Shown here: piece after piece, positions 53,713-64,000 of the stretch
Layout of the letters: every line of letters starts with the position of its first letter
Position numbering within the stretch: position 1 is the stretch's first letter
Source of the DNA: Octopus vulgaris
Lineage: Eukaryota
NCBI GenBank assembly: GCA_951406725.2
Contig: OX597819.1
Location: 50,344,001-50,408,000 of the forward strand
Length of the DNA stretch: 64,000 bases
Direction: 5' to 3'
Translations under genes and position numbers: made by a program
The notes under the pieces: generated by a model
The model's database searches: none
What the model was told of the DNA's origin: nothing
The model's input: only the letters and a program-made list of their open reading frames with translations

Positions 53713-54492
53713 GTACACACACACACACTTTTTTTAATTAAAGCTGCAAGGACATCACAAAAAACGCTACTCACGTTCCCGTTCGTCGAGCAGTTTTGAT
53801 CAAGATGTGAGTGTGCGTGTGTGTGTGTACCCTCCCCACACGTGTGTGTGTGTGTATACGTTTATGATTTTATTTTGCAAGATTCCTGATGTGAACCAGG
53901 AATCTATGACATCCACTCACAAAGCTTTGGTCGGCTCGAGGCTAAAGCAGCAGATACTTCTTATCCAAGGTGCAAGGGAATGGGACTGATCCCGGAACTA
54001 TGAGGCTGGAATGCAAACTCCTTATCACACAGCCACGCTTGCACCTAAATATATAACGTAAGGTTTTCTCTCTGAATCTTATTATGTATAAATATGTGTA
54101 TGTGTGAACACATATGCCCATGTGTGTGTGTGTGTGTGTGTGTGTGATTATGTATTAACGACATGCGTATTTTCGAGTCTTTATATTTCGAGTCTGATGT
54201 ACCTTTACGTTCATAAAGAAACAACAGGAGCAACAACAAGAATACCAATTACTGAAATAAAATAGCAATTTTTTTCTTCTGTAATCTGCCGTTGTGAGAT
54301 ATGTGAGAGGCGGGCTATTGTTCCACAAACAGAAGTACTGGGGCTGTTATTTGCGTTCCCACTTAGTACCAACCGACAAAGACAACCCGTAGTCTCTCGT
54401 ACCGATTTGTCAAGGATACAAGTCAACTCAATATACACGTATACACGCAAATTTATATGTATATATATATATATACAGAAATATATATATAT

Positions 54493-56115
54493 ACGGAAAT
54501 ACAGAGAGCCATAAAGGAACAGAGGAACCACTACATAAGAGTACAAAGACCTGCAGACCTCACGATGAGACCAATAGTGGCAGGACCCCAGGCACCAACA
54601 CAACAACTAAGCCACTTCATAGATATACTCCTCAAACCTCTATGCCCACAGATTCCAAGCTACATAAGGGATGACATAGACTTCCTCACACACATTCCAA
54701 ATACAGTCCCGAAAAACACCATACTTGCAAGCTTTGATGTCACAAATCTATACACAAACATACCACACACCCTAGGTCTAGAAGCTATAAAACAATCAAT
54801 AGAAAAATACAGAGAACTTATAGATGAACGCTTCAAGACAAACTTTATCACCCAAGCCACCCAACTAATACTAGAAGAAAACACATTCTCATTCAACAAC
54901 AAGACATACCGACAGATAAAAGGCACGGCTATGGGTACAAAATTCGCACCTTCATATGCCAACCTAGTGATGGGCTTCCTGGAGAAAAAACTATATGACG
55001 AAATAGGGAAAGTCTTCGAACACGACTTCAGAGAAGACATCAAGAAAAAGTGGAAACGCTACCTCGATGACTGTTTCATCTTTTGGAACAGATCAGAAGA
55101 GGACCTACAAACATTCCACAACATCCTCAATACGCTGCACCCATCTATCAATTTCACAATAGATACCAGCCACAACGAACTTCCCTTCCTAGACATCAAC
55201 ATCAAAATACACAACTCCATCGTCACAACAGACATCCACTACAAAAAAACTGACACACATCAATACTTAAATTTCCACTCCTGCCACCCATCCCACACAA
55301 AAAGAAACATCCCATATAGTATGGCACGACGAATATGTAGCATAGTAACTGATTCACAAATACGATTAATAAGACTAGATGAACTCAAAAGCTTCCTCCT
55401 AGAGCAAAAATACCCCCTTAAACTAATAGAAAATGGAATCACAAGAGCATTAAAACTAGACATCACACAACTCAGGACACCCAAAACAAAAAACAAAGAA
55501 AACACTATCCCTTTTATAAACACACACAACCCTGGAGTTACCAACATCTTCCAAACCATACATTCAAACCTACCAATAGCCTTACAGAGCCCCAAAATGA
55601 AAAACATATTAAACAAATATAGCATAAAAAACAGTAGACGACAGGACAAAAACCTAAAAAAACACCTAACAAGAGCGAAATTCTCTTCAGAAACTAAAAC
55701 GGAATTCTTTGCAAAAGAGTGCGGAGATGGTAGATGTGGGACCTGCAGCAACCCCACCTACAAATACATAGAGAGCAACAGAGAGATAAGATTTAAAAAT
55801 GGTGTCATATTCAAAGTAAATGCAGATATGAACTGCAAGACGCAGAACGTCATATACTGCATAACCTGCCCCACATGCAAGGAGAATTACGTAGGAGAAA
55901 CTGGTAATTCTTTGTGCCAGCGAGCCAGGATCCACCGACAACATATTCGGCAGGAAGAACTACGCAAAATACCACTAAGCACACACCTAGCTACATGTGG
56001 AGAAGGAAAATTTAAGATATTTCCCTTCTACAAGTGTCCGAAGAATGACACCCCCTTCAGGAGGAATATGGAAAAACATTTCATAGCTAAGTTCTCCCCC
56101 AAATTAAATGGCTGA
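54493..56115 (+). CDS. Penelope-like element (Neptune-type) RT + GIY-YIG endonuclease, 5'-truncated but uninterrupted (~540 codons)
   Basis: MRPIVAG, ASFDVTNLYTNIP, GTAMGTKFAPSYANL, RYLDDCF, LPFLD, HPSHTKRNIPYS; Cys linker CGDGRCGTC; NVIYCITCPTC..NYVGETG..R..H. The track's N-terminal MYIYIY comes from flanking (TA)n. Confidence 0.95.
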   Translation, partial: TEIQRAIKEQRNHYIRVQRPADLTMRPIVAGPQAPTQQLSHFIDILLKPLCPQIPSYIRDDIDFLTHIPNTVPKNTILASFDVTNLYTNIPHTLGLEAIKQSIEKYRELIDERFKTNFITQATQLILEENTFSFNNKTYRQIKGTAMGTKFAPSYANLVMGFLEKKLYDEIGKVFEHDFREDIKKKWKRYLDDCFIFWNRSEEDLQTFHNILNTLHPSINFTIDTSHNELPFLDINIKIHNSIVTTDIHYKKTDTHQYLNFHSCHPSHTKRNIPYSMARRICSIVTDSQIRLIRLDELKSFLLEQKYPLKLIENGITRALKLDITQLRTPKTKNKENTIPFINTHNPGVTNIFQTIHSNLPIALQSPKMKNILNKYSIKNSRRQDKNLKKHLTRAKFSSETKTEFFAKECGDGRCGTCSNPTYKYIESNREIRFKNGVIFKVNADMNCKTQNVIYCITCPTCKENYVGETGNSLCQRARIHRQHIRQEELRKIPLSTHLATCGEGKFKIFPFYKCPKNDTPFRRNMEKHFIAKFSPKLNG

Positions 56116-56619
56116 AACTTTACTCAACATACATTGAAGGAAAAATCTGTGTGTGTGTAGATGTGTGTATTGCCTGTTATATACATCATATTATATTATT
56201 ATCTTTATAATTCACTTCCATCTTTACCCTTTAATTGTCACTTTAATTTTAACTTTCCTATGACATACAACTTTCAAGATGGTATAATTTGGTTGTTCAT
56301 TTTGAACCGATAAAAAGGTTTTTTCAAATATTTTATGTATAAGTCTGTGTGTGTGTATATATGTGTTGGTATAAATATCAACACACAAAAATATTTTTTC
56401 TTCTCCACTTCCTCCCTTATTTTTATTTTTATTTTTATTTTTTTATTTTTTATTCTTTATATTTTTATTTATTCTTTATATTTTTTTATTTTATTTTTTA
56501 TTTTTTGTTTTTATTTTATTTTTTTAATTTTTTAATTTTTTATTTTTATTATTATTATTTTTATTTTCCCTTTTCTCTTTTTGTCTCTCTCCCCTTCTCC
56601 AAACACACAGACACACACA

Positions 56620-56657
<38 letters not shown>

Positions 56658-56867
56658 AAAACACACACAGACACACAGAGACACACACACACACACACAC
56701 CTCCACAGAATGATCATAGAAAGTGTGACCCCAAATGACATTTGCCAGGCCAACCTATGCACAACACACACTCAGTGACATTGAAATGGACAGCCAAAGT
56801 TCTTATAAAACCACAGGGGGTCCAGCAGACCAACGGAAATAACACTTCTTCACTCTCAGATATAAAT

Positions 56868-56919
<52 letters not shown>

Positions 56920-57128
56920 ACATATTTTCTCTCTGTCTCACTTCCTCCTCACCCACTACTACGAAACTATAAAAAGGTTCAAACTACCCACAACTGATTT
57001 GATTTGAAAACCCACTAGAATGGGAGCAAGCGCTAATCCGAATGATATGATATATATGTAAAAAATGTAATATATAAATAAATATCTACAAATATGAACC
57101 ATCTGATCTGATTACCTCAATTTTTCTA
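54493..57128 (+). mobile_element. Probable full extent of the PLE insertion, including ~1 kb of 3' non-coding sequence
   Basis: Bounded by (TA)n on both sides; the 3' limit is inferred. Confidence 0.6.
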
Positions 57129-57163
<35 letters not shown>

Positions 57164-57509
57164 CGTTGATGGAAGTTGATTTGGAACTAAGCAACACCAG
57201 CAGTTACGCTTCTCCCAACAACAACAACAGCAACAGCAGCAGCAGCAGCTGTAGCAATAGCAGCAACAATAACACTAACATCGAACTCAGCTCCTTTGCT
57301 CTTAGGAGATGAAACCTCTTGAGAAAGTTGTAGTAGTTTGACTAGGTTATAACACACATTAACAGCAAACAAATTGCATCTGCGCTCCATGTTTCTCTTA
57401 TTATAGGTAACGCAAGCTAGCTACCTGGATGCCAATGTCTATATTTCAGGACTTTGATTTTAGCATCTTCAAGAAAATGATGATGACGATGATGATAATA
57501 ATAATAATG

Positions 57510-57544
<35 letters not shown>

Positions 57545-57967
57545 TGGAGTGAGAATTGCAAGTAATGCACTCTTAGCAAATGAGCTACCAGAAAGTATTC
57601 AAATCAATTGTTAATACTTAAAAACTACTTTCTTTTAATGTTTATCTACGTTATGCGTGTTATTTTATCTTTCGTACTTAGCTTTTGGTTTCTATCAAGC
57701 TTAAACATTCGACGTATATACTACGATACTATAAATGACCATAAAGCAAGTTCTAGTATATAATATTATCATTAATTCACATTTTATAGATTTGAAAACG
57801 TTCGAAATTATTACTATTCCGCAGAGATTTTAGCATCTTACATGAGATATTCAACATGAAGAGTAAAATTAAAAGTGGATGAAATTTTAGAGCAGCGTTT
57901 CTCAATTTTTTTGGATTCATGGTGCACCGGAGATCAAACAAAACATTACTGGCACACTTCACATGGA

Positions 57968-58002
<35 letters not shown>

Positions 58003-59060
58003 AACGCACACACACACACACACACACAAGTATATATTGCTCAGTATGTTTTATTAGCCATGCTTGTGAAAAATAAAATTTAAAATAACAGGTTAACAGG
58101 TTTTTCATACCACTCAAGTATTTATATGGGTTTCCTAAAGCCTTAAATTACGATTTTACAAACCTGCAATACACTTTCAGTGTCTCTCACTGCTTCTTTC
58201 AATCTCTCTCCCTCCTTTCTTTCTCCTTTCCCTATCTATTTCGTTGTCGACGTCATTTCCTTTTTGCTTGAAACCCCCTCAAGCATTCCAGCCGTGACTA
58301 TCGCATCAGTGCGTATAAGTAAAACATTATTATTTCCTTTGCATTGCATTCTAACCGAAGACTAGTTCTCTGGATTTGATTCTCTACTTTCCAAATAAAT
58401 ATTTTTTTGCATTTTGCTTGCGAGACACTTGATGTGAAGTTATGTGTTGAAACAAGTTTGGTTGCATCAAAGGCGGGTCGGACCTAGGGTAGAGTGAGCT
58501 GGTAACTGATAAGGTCGTGAATGGTGACGAAATAACTTTGACAAACGAAGCTGGTTGATTGACCAAACGATTAATCAAACAGTCGATTAGTTAATTGTTT
58601 AAATGGTTAACCGATTGACTAAAAATAGTGAAAAAAGTGAAACAGAACCAGTGCGTGCTTTTATTATTGACATAAAGACCCACGCAAGGTCCTACAAAAT
58701 TATTACAAACCCATCACTAAAAGAAGTGGAGTGACAGAATCGTTAGAGAAACTGGAAAAATGCGTTGCCGTATTTGTTCCAGTTCTTTATATTCTGGGTT
58801 CAAATCCCGATAAGGTTAACTAGGCCTTTCGTCATTCTGGGTTCGAAAAAAAATAAAAACGAAGCAGTTGTCTAGAACTGGAATCGATAATATCGTACTA
58901 GCCCTCCTCGAAGAAAATGTGCTGGCCTTGTGCCTCAATAACAAACAATTATTGCACTACATTAATTGTGGGTTCTTTAGTTCGTAGGTATAAACCAAAA
59001 CCTTTTCTGCCGGAATACGAAGAACAGTCATATCATGAGTGAAAAGTATTAATAACCATT

Positions 59061-59377
59061 GGAGGCGCTTAGCTTAGCGGTTAGTGTATTCGGCTTACGA
59101 TCTTAAGTTTGTGAGTTCCATTCCCGGTGGCGCGTTGAGTGCTTGAGCAAGACACTTTATTTCATGTTGCTCCAGTTCACTCAGCAAGCAAAAATGAATT
59201 GCGTCTGTATTTCATTGGGCCGGTCTGAGTCTGAGCCATGCTGAGTCTTACACAGAATTACATTAAGGGTATGCGTGTCTGTGAAGTACTCAGCCACTTG
59301 CGCGTTAATTTCATGAGCAGGCTCTTCTTTTTATCGCATCAAGTGGAATCCTCGTCGTTGTAACCGACGGAGTACCA
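59061..59377 (+). mobile_element. SINE family C2
   Basis: TAGCTTAGCGGTTAG (A box), GAGTTCCATTCCC (B box), CORE-like segment and the family C tail. Confidence 0.85.
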
Positions 59378-60102
59378 GTTAATAATCATCACAATAAATC
59401 GAAATTAAAGTGACATTAACGAACAAATGCAACATTATAATTATACAGTCTAATGACGAAATGGATTAATGTTTCACTTCCGGCTGATGTAATGTATGCA
59501 CATATACAGCTGCAGATGTTTCGTAGTATCCGATGGCAAACAATCTCATTTTATTTGATTCTATAAAAAAAAAGGCCTTAATAAGACATGACAAAAATCA
59601 CAAAAAACTAATGGCGAAAACAACAACAACAAAACCTAACAAAATGGTTCTTGCGTAATTTAAAAATTGTAAGTGTTTAGAATTTGTCTTTGGAGAATTA
59701 TTATAACGTGTTATCTTCCCGCTGAGCTTCAACGATTTATAACTGCCGCGAGAATTTCATAATTTGGCATGACATTTCTTAATTTAGTTGGAATTCACAG
59801 AATACCTCAGATATTTTAATGCCGAGAAATAGTTGCACTAGAAATTAAGAAATTCCTCTAAGGGGAGAAGGGTGGTTGGATTTGTGTGGATGTTTAAAGC
59901 AGCTAGAAATAGCAGCAATCGAATCTCTCTGAAATTTTACAGAGTAATGTTTTAAAGAGGACAGGTATAATGGAGAATGTAGTTGGAGTGAAATTTATGT
60001 CTGAAAAGATGAGATAGTCACGGCTGGAGTGCTTGACGGGGTTACAAGCAAAAAGGAAATAACGTCGACAACGAAATAGATACTTTTAGAAAGAGAAAGA
60101 CA

Positions 60103-60143
<41 letters not shown>

Positions 60144-60351
60144 TTGAGAGAGGCAGTGAGAGACACAGTGAGAGAGAGATGGAAGAAAAGAGAGAATGAG
60201 AGAGAGAGAATGAGTGTGAAAGAGAGCGAGGGAGAGCGAATATGAAACAAAAAGCGGGTGAAGGGGACAGTGAGAAAGAGACACAATGAGACAAAGGGGA
60301 GAAAAGAGAGAGACAGAATGAGAATCATTCTGAAAGAGACAGTGAGTGAGT

Positions 60352-60404
<53 letters not shown>

Positions 60405-60654
60405 CCAGAGAGCGAGAGAGTATTTGGTAATCCAGTCTTTTATAATTATGTATAGTACCATTTCATTCTTATTGCAAATCATCAACATGCCGTAACCCGA
60501 AGTAAATAGATTAAATTAAACTGAAACTTTTGCGAAGCGAGACATTTCTTATAAATGGAAAATAATTACAGCCTGGAAGACATTCATAGAAGGCATGGCT
60601 TCGTTTCCTTTTCTTCATAAAGAGTTAATATTTTAGTAATCGAAAGATTTTAGT

Positions 60655-61147
60655 AATTCCAGAAGTTTTGAGACACTTTTGGGAGAGACATTCATTAATT
60701 TCAAAATGAAACACCCCGCCAATAAAACAACAACTCTATTCTCCTTTAAAGCAGGATCTTCTGATTTCAATGTACTTGTTGCAATCCAATCACTTCATGA
60801 AGGCCATATATGGAAGTCCTCCAAAATTGAAAGTGTCCAAGACCCTTGTCCTTCATCTTCTCAGCGTCTTCAAAACGACCGCTCCTGAGGTTCTCTTTCA
60901 GCTTGAGGAACAACCAAAAGTCTCTTAGTGGTTCGGCAAAAGAGACCGATAGAATAAGTACTAGGCTTACAAAGAATAAGTACTGAGGTCGATTTGTTCG
61001 ACTAAAGGCGGTGATCCAGCATGGCTGCAGTCAAATGACTGAAACAAATAAAAGAATAAAAGAATAGAAGAATACAAAAGTCGTCATCCAGGAAACTGCG
61101 AATTTTCTCAACCAGTTCTGATGTTTTGACGAATCCCCTCCCACATC
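60655..61147 (-). pseudogene. Mariner transposase remnant interrupted by a SINE B tail (60925-61070)
   Basis: N-terminal KTSELVEKIRSFLDDD (~61080-61147); C-terminal DFWLFLKLKENLRSGRFEDAEKMK...CNKYIEIRRSCFKGE*. Confidence 0.7.
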
Positions 61148-61379
61148 TTTAGTCGAGCAAATCGACCCAAGGACTTATTATGCAAAAGAAACCGATAGAA
61201 TAAGTACTAGGCTTACAAAGAATGCGTCCTGGGGTCGATTTGCTCGACTAAAGGCGGTGCTCCAGCATGGCCATAGTCAAATGACAAACAAATAAAAGAG
61301 TAAAGGGTATATCTTTATAATACATGCACACACGTACGCACACACACATATACATATATAGGTATGTATACACACACAC

Positions 61380-61464
<85 letters not shown>

Positions 61465-61466
<2 letters not shown>

Positions 61467-61694
61467 CGGCGAGCTGGCAGACACGTTAGCACACCGGGCG
61501 AAATGCGTAGCCGTATTTCGTCTTTCGTTACGCTCTGAGTTCAAATTCCGCCGAGGTCGACTTTGCCTTTCATCCTTTCGAGGTCGATAAATTAAGTACC
61601 AGTTTCGCACTGGGGTCGATGTAATCGACTTAATCCCTTTGTCTGTCCTTGTTTGTCCCCTCTATGTTTAGCCCCTTGTGGGTAGTAAAGAAAT
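61465..61694 (+). mobile_element. SINE family A, full length, young
   Basis: Close to the window consensus; flanked by (TA)n. Confidence 0.92.
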
Positions 61695-61851
61695 ATATAT
61701 ATATATATATATATACATATATATAAACTTGGAGAAGAGAAATAGAGAAATAACGAGTGCGTTCGGTCATATAGTAATATAATAAATAAATAAAATATAT
61801 GAATATACACATACATATATGTACATACTTACATCTACATGTATATATACA

Positions 61852-61890
<39 letters not shown>

Positions 61891-61891
<1 letters not shown>

Positions 61892-62112
61892 AGTACAGGA
61901 TACCACAAATAAACGTGGAACACAACGAGAGACGAGAACATAAAATCAAATAAGGAAACGGACTTTTTTTAAACAACGAAAAAACAGAGTACAGGACAAA
62001 CAATACAAAGAAAATTCCCCTTCATCAGCTGTCCCTGGTTCGACTCAAAGTGTGTTTCGAAGGTAAGGACAGAACACAGCCGAGGCAGGCCTTCCTGCAA
62101 AAGGAATTAAAT

Positions 62113-62117
<5 letters not shown>
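61891..62117 (-). mobile_element. Dispersed element carrying a rearranged hammerhead (copy 2)
   Basis: Homologous to 40145-40392; GAGTACAGGA at 61891 and 61987; (TA)n on both sides. Confidence 0.75.
62017..62078 (-). ncRNA. Non-circularly permuted hammerhead ribozyme candidate
   Basis: Minus strand: TGTG-T-T-CTGTCCTT a CCTTC GAAA CACA (14 nt) AGGGACAG CTGATGA A GGGG. Helix III TGTGT/ACACA, helix I CTGTCCTT/AGGGACAG, site GUU. Confidence 0.7.
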
Positions 62118-62153
<36 letters not shown>

Positions 62154-62490
62154 TTATATATATATATATATATATCCATCTATCCATCCATCCATCCTTC
62201 ATCTATCTATCTATCTATCTATCTTTCGTGCTATGATTAGAAGCGATGCATGTTTTCAGCATCTCCAACTCGAGACGAATAGTACAGGTCACTTTGAAAT
62301 CCTAGTCATAGTTTGTGTTTATTGCGCAATTATTTGAAACGTACGTTTCAAGTGATTTCAAAATGTCGTTATTTATTTTGACTCCATTTTGTGCGTATGT
62401 GTGTATGTGTATGTATATATGTGTGTATAACCATCTTTCTATCTCTCCCCCTCTCTCTGTCATATGTATACAATACATGTATGCAGGCAT

Positions 62491-62534
<44 letters not shown>

Positions 62535-62877
62535 ACACATATATGTGTACTTCTCGAGGCAGGTACGTCTTCCGATTTCTCCATTTTAACGCCCTGAACG
62601 CTTCATTTGCGTTCTCGTCTAATATTTTCTCTTTTCTTTATACTCTCACTCTGTATATTTCTCTCTCCTTCTCTCTTGGTCATCGGTTTCAATTATCACC
62701 CCTTAACTTTTATTACTCAAAGGAGTCATATAAACATTTTTTTCTCCCATTCTCTTTATCACATTATTTTACTTTCCTATAATCTCCTTCGTTGTCGATT
62801 AGTTTCTTGCTGTTTTCTATGAAAAAATATACTCAAATTCAATGTCTAAAAAAAAAAACGAAAAAAAAAAGAGAAAG

Positions 62878-63295
62878 GAGGAGTAGCTGTGTGGTAAGCA
62901 GCTTGCTTACCAGCCACATGGTTCCGGGTTCAGCCCCACTGTGTGGCACCTTCGGCGAGTGTCTTCTACTATAGCCTCGGGCCGACCAAAGCCTTGTGAG
63001 TGGATTTGGTAGACGGAAACTGAAAGAAGCCCGTCGTATATATGCATACATATATATATATATATATATATGCGTGTGTGTGTTTGTGTGTCTGTTTTTG
63101 TCCCCCTAGCATTGCTTGACGACCGATGCTGGTGTGTTTATGTACCCGTTACTTAGCGGTTCGGTAAAAGAGACCGATAGAATAAGTACTGAGCTTACAA
63201 AAGAATAAGTCCCGGGATCGAGTTGCTCGAATAAAGGCGGTGCTCCAGCATGGCCGCAGTCAGATGACTGAAACAAGCAAAAGAGTAAAAGAGTA
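62878..63295 (+). mobile_element. SINE family B, full length
   Basis: Head, CORE-like domain, internal (TA)(TG) tract and 3' domain. Confidence 0.92.
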
Positions 63296-63574
63296 ACACA
63301 TTAAAATAAATATATCTACGTTATTCTGCAGATCTGTCGGTGATTTTCATCAAATTAATATGGATAACCACGCACAAAGATAGACGTGACGCAAACTCAT
63401 TTTATATGATCGGCTTATATGCATATACATAAACATACATATACACATATATATGTACACATATTTTCATCTATAAACACACACGCACACACACATATTT
63501 GCATACATACACATGCACACACGCACACACACACATAACCCCACACACTCACACACGTATAACTTTTATATTTC

Positions 63575-63912
63575 GTCTTTTACTTGTTTCAGTCATTGGA
63601 CTGCAGCCATGCTACGGCAATGGCCTCGATAGGTTTTTAGTCGAACAAATCGACTTGATTTTTAAAAATCTGGCTCTTATTCTGTCGGTGGCTTTTGTCG
63701 AACCGATAAGTAACAGGAACAAAAATGAGCCAGCGTCGAAACCCCAAACCCAAACCCGAACACACACACACGCACACACACATGATCTCTTTCTTCCTTT
63801 CTTACTTTCTTTCTTTTTTACTTTCTTCTTTTCTTTCTTTCTTTCTTTCTTTTCTTCCTTTCTTTCTTCTTTTCTTTCTTTCTTTCTGTCTTCCTTCCTT
63901 CCTTCCTTTCTT

Positions 63913-63952
<40 letters not shown>

Positions 63953-64000
63953 GCACACACAATGGATTCTTTCAGTATCCGTCTACGAAATTTACCCACA
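63575..64000 (-). mobile_element. Degenerate SINE B with an expanded internal (TTTC)/(CT) tract, running off the window
   Basis: Tail 63575-63740; head remnant 63962-64000. Confidence 0.65.

Noticed and set aside
49527-53728. 4.2-kb TIR transposon bounded by 49-bp inverted repeats
   Set aside because: The left arm interrupts a Chapaev element that starts further left, and the right arm is part of a longer MITE; better explained as a templated insertion.
56990-57060. Expected hammerhead in the PLE 3' region
   Set aside because: Only CTAGAA...CCGAAT; the core is not canonical.
62335-62352. 18-bp palindrome TTGAAACGTACGTTTCAA
   Set aside because: Isolated, with no accompanying structure or CTGAnGA; no function can be supported.

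Overview
AT-rich, microsatellite-saturated animal DNA with no recognisable host exon. The repeat content (three tRNA-derived SINE families including a CORE-like SINE, dense (TA)n/(CA)n/(TACA)n/(AAT)n) suggests a cephalopod, probably Octopus; this is inference, not a database result. Almost all six-frame ORFs are microsatellite translations. The real coding remnants are all from mobile elements: an open, 5'-truncated Penelope-like (PLE) RT+GIY-YIG ORF (54493-56115), a decayed L1/Tx1 LINE, a CR1-group 3' fragment, R4/Dong fragments, a Chapaev3-like transposase and several Tc1/mariner remnants. A near-identical 4833-bp tandem duplication (2859-12532) has its junction inside a chimeric SINE. The most notable signal is a set of short hammerhead-ribozyme-bearing elements next to microsatellite or AT-rich tracts. 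Three are type I hammerheads, one of them in a 350-bp retrozyme/pLTR-like repeat. Two more are diverged copies (40274-40335 and 62017-62078, minus) of a hammerhead whose strands are in a NON-circularly permuted, pseudoknotted order, supported by compensatory helix changes. All alignments and folds were done by eye.
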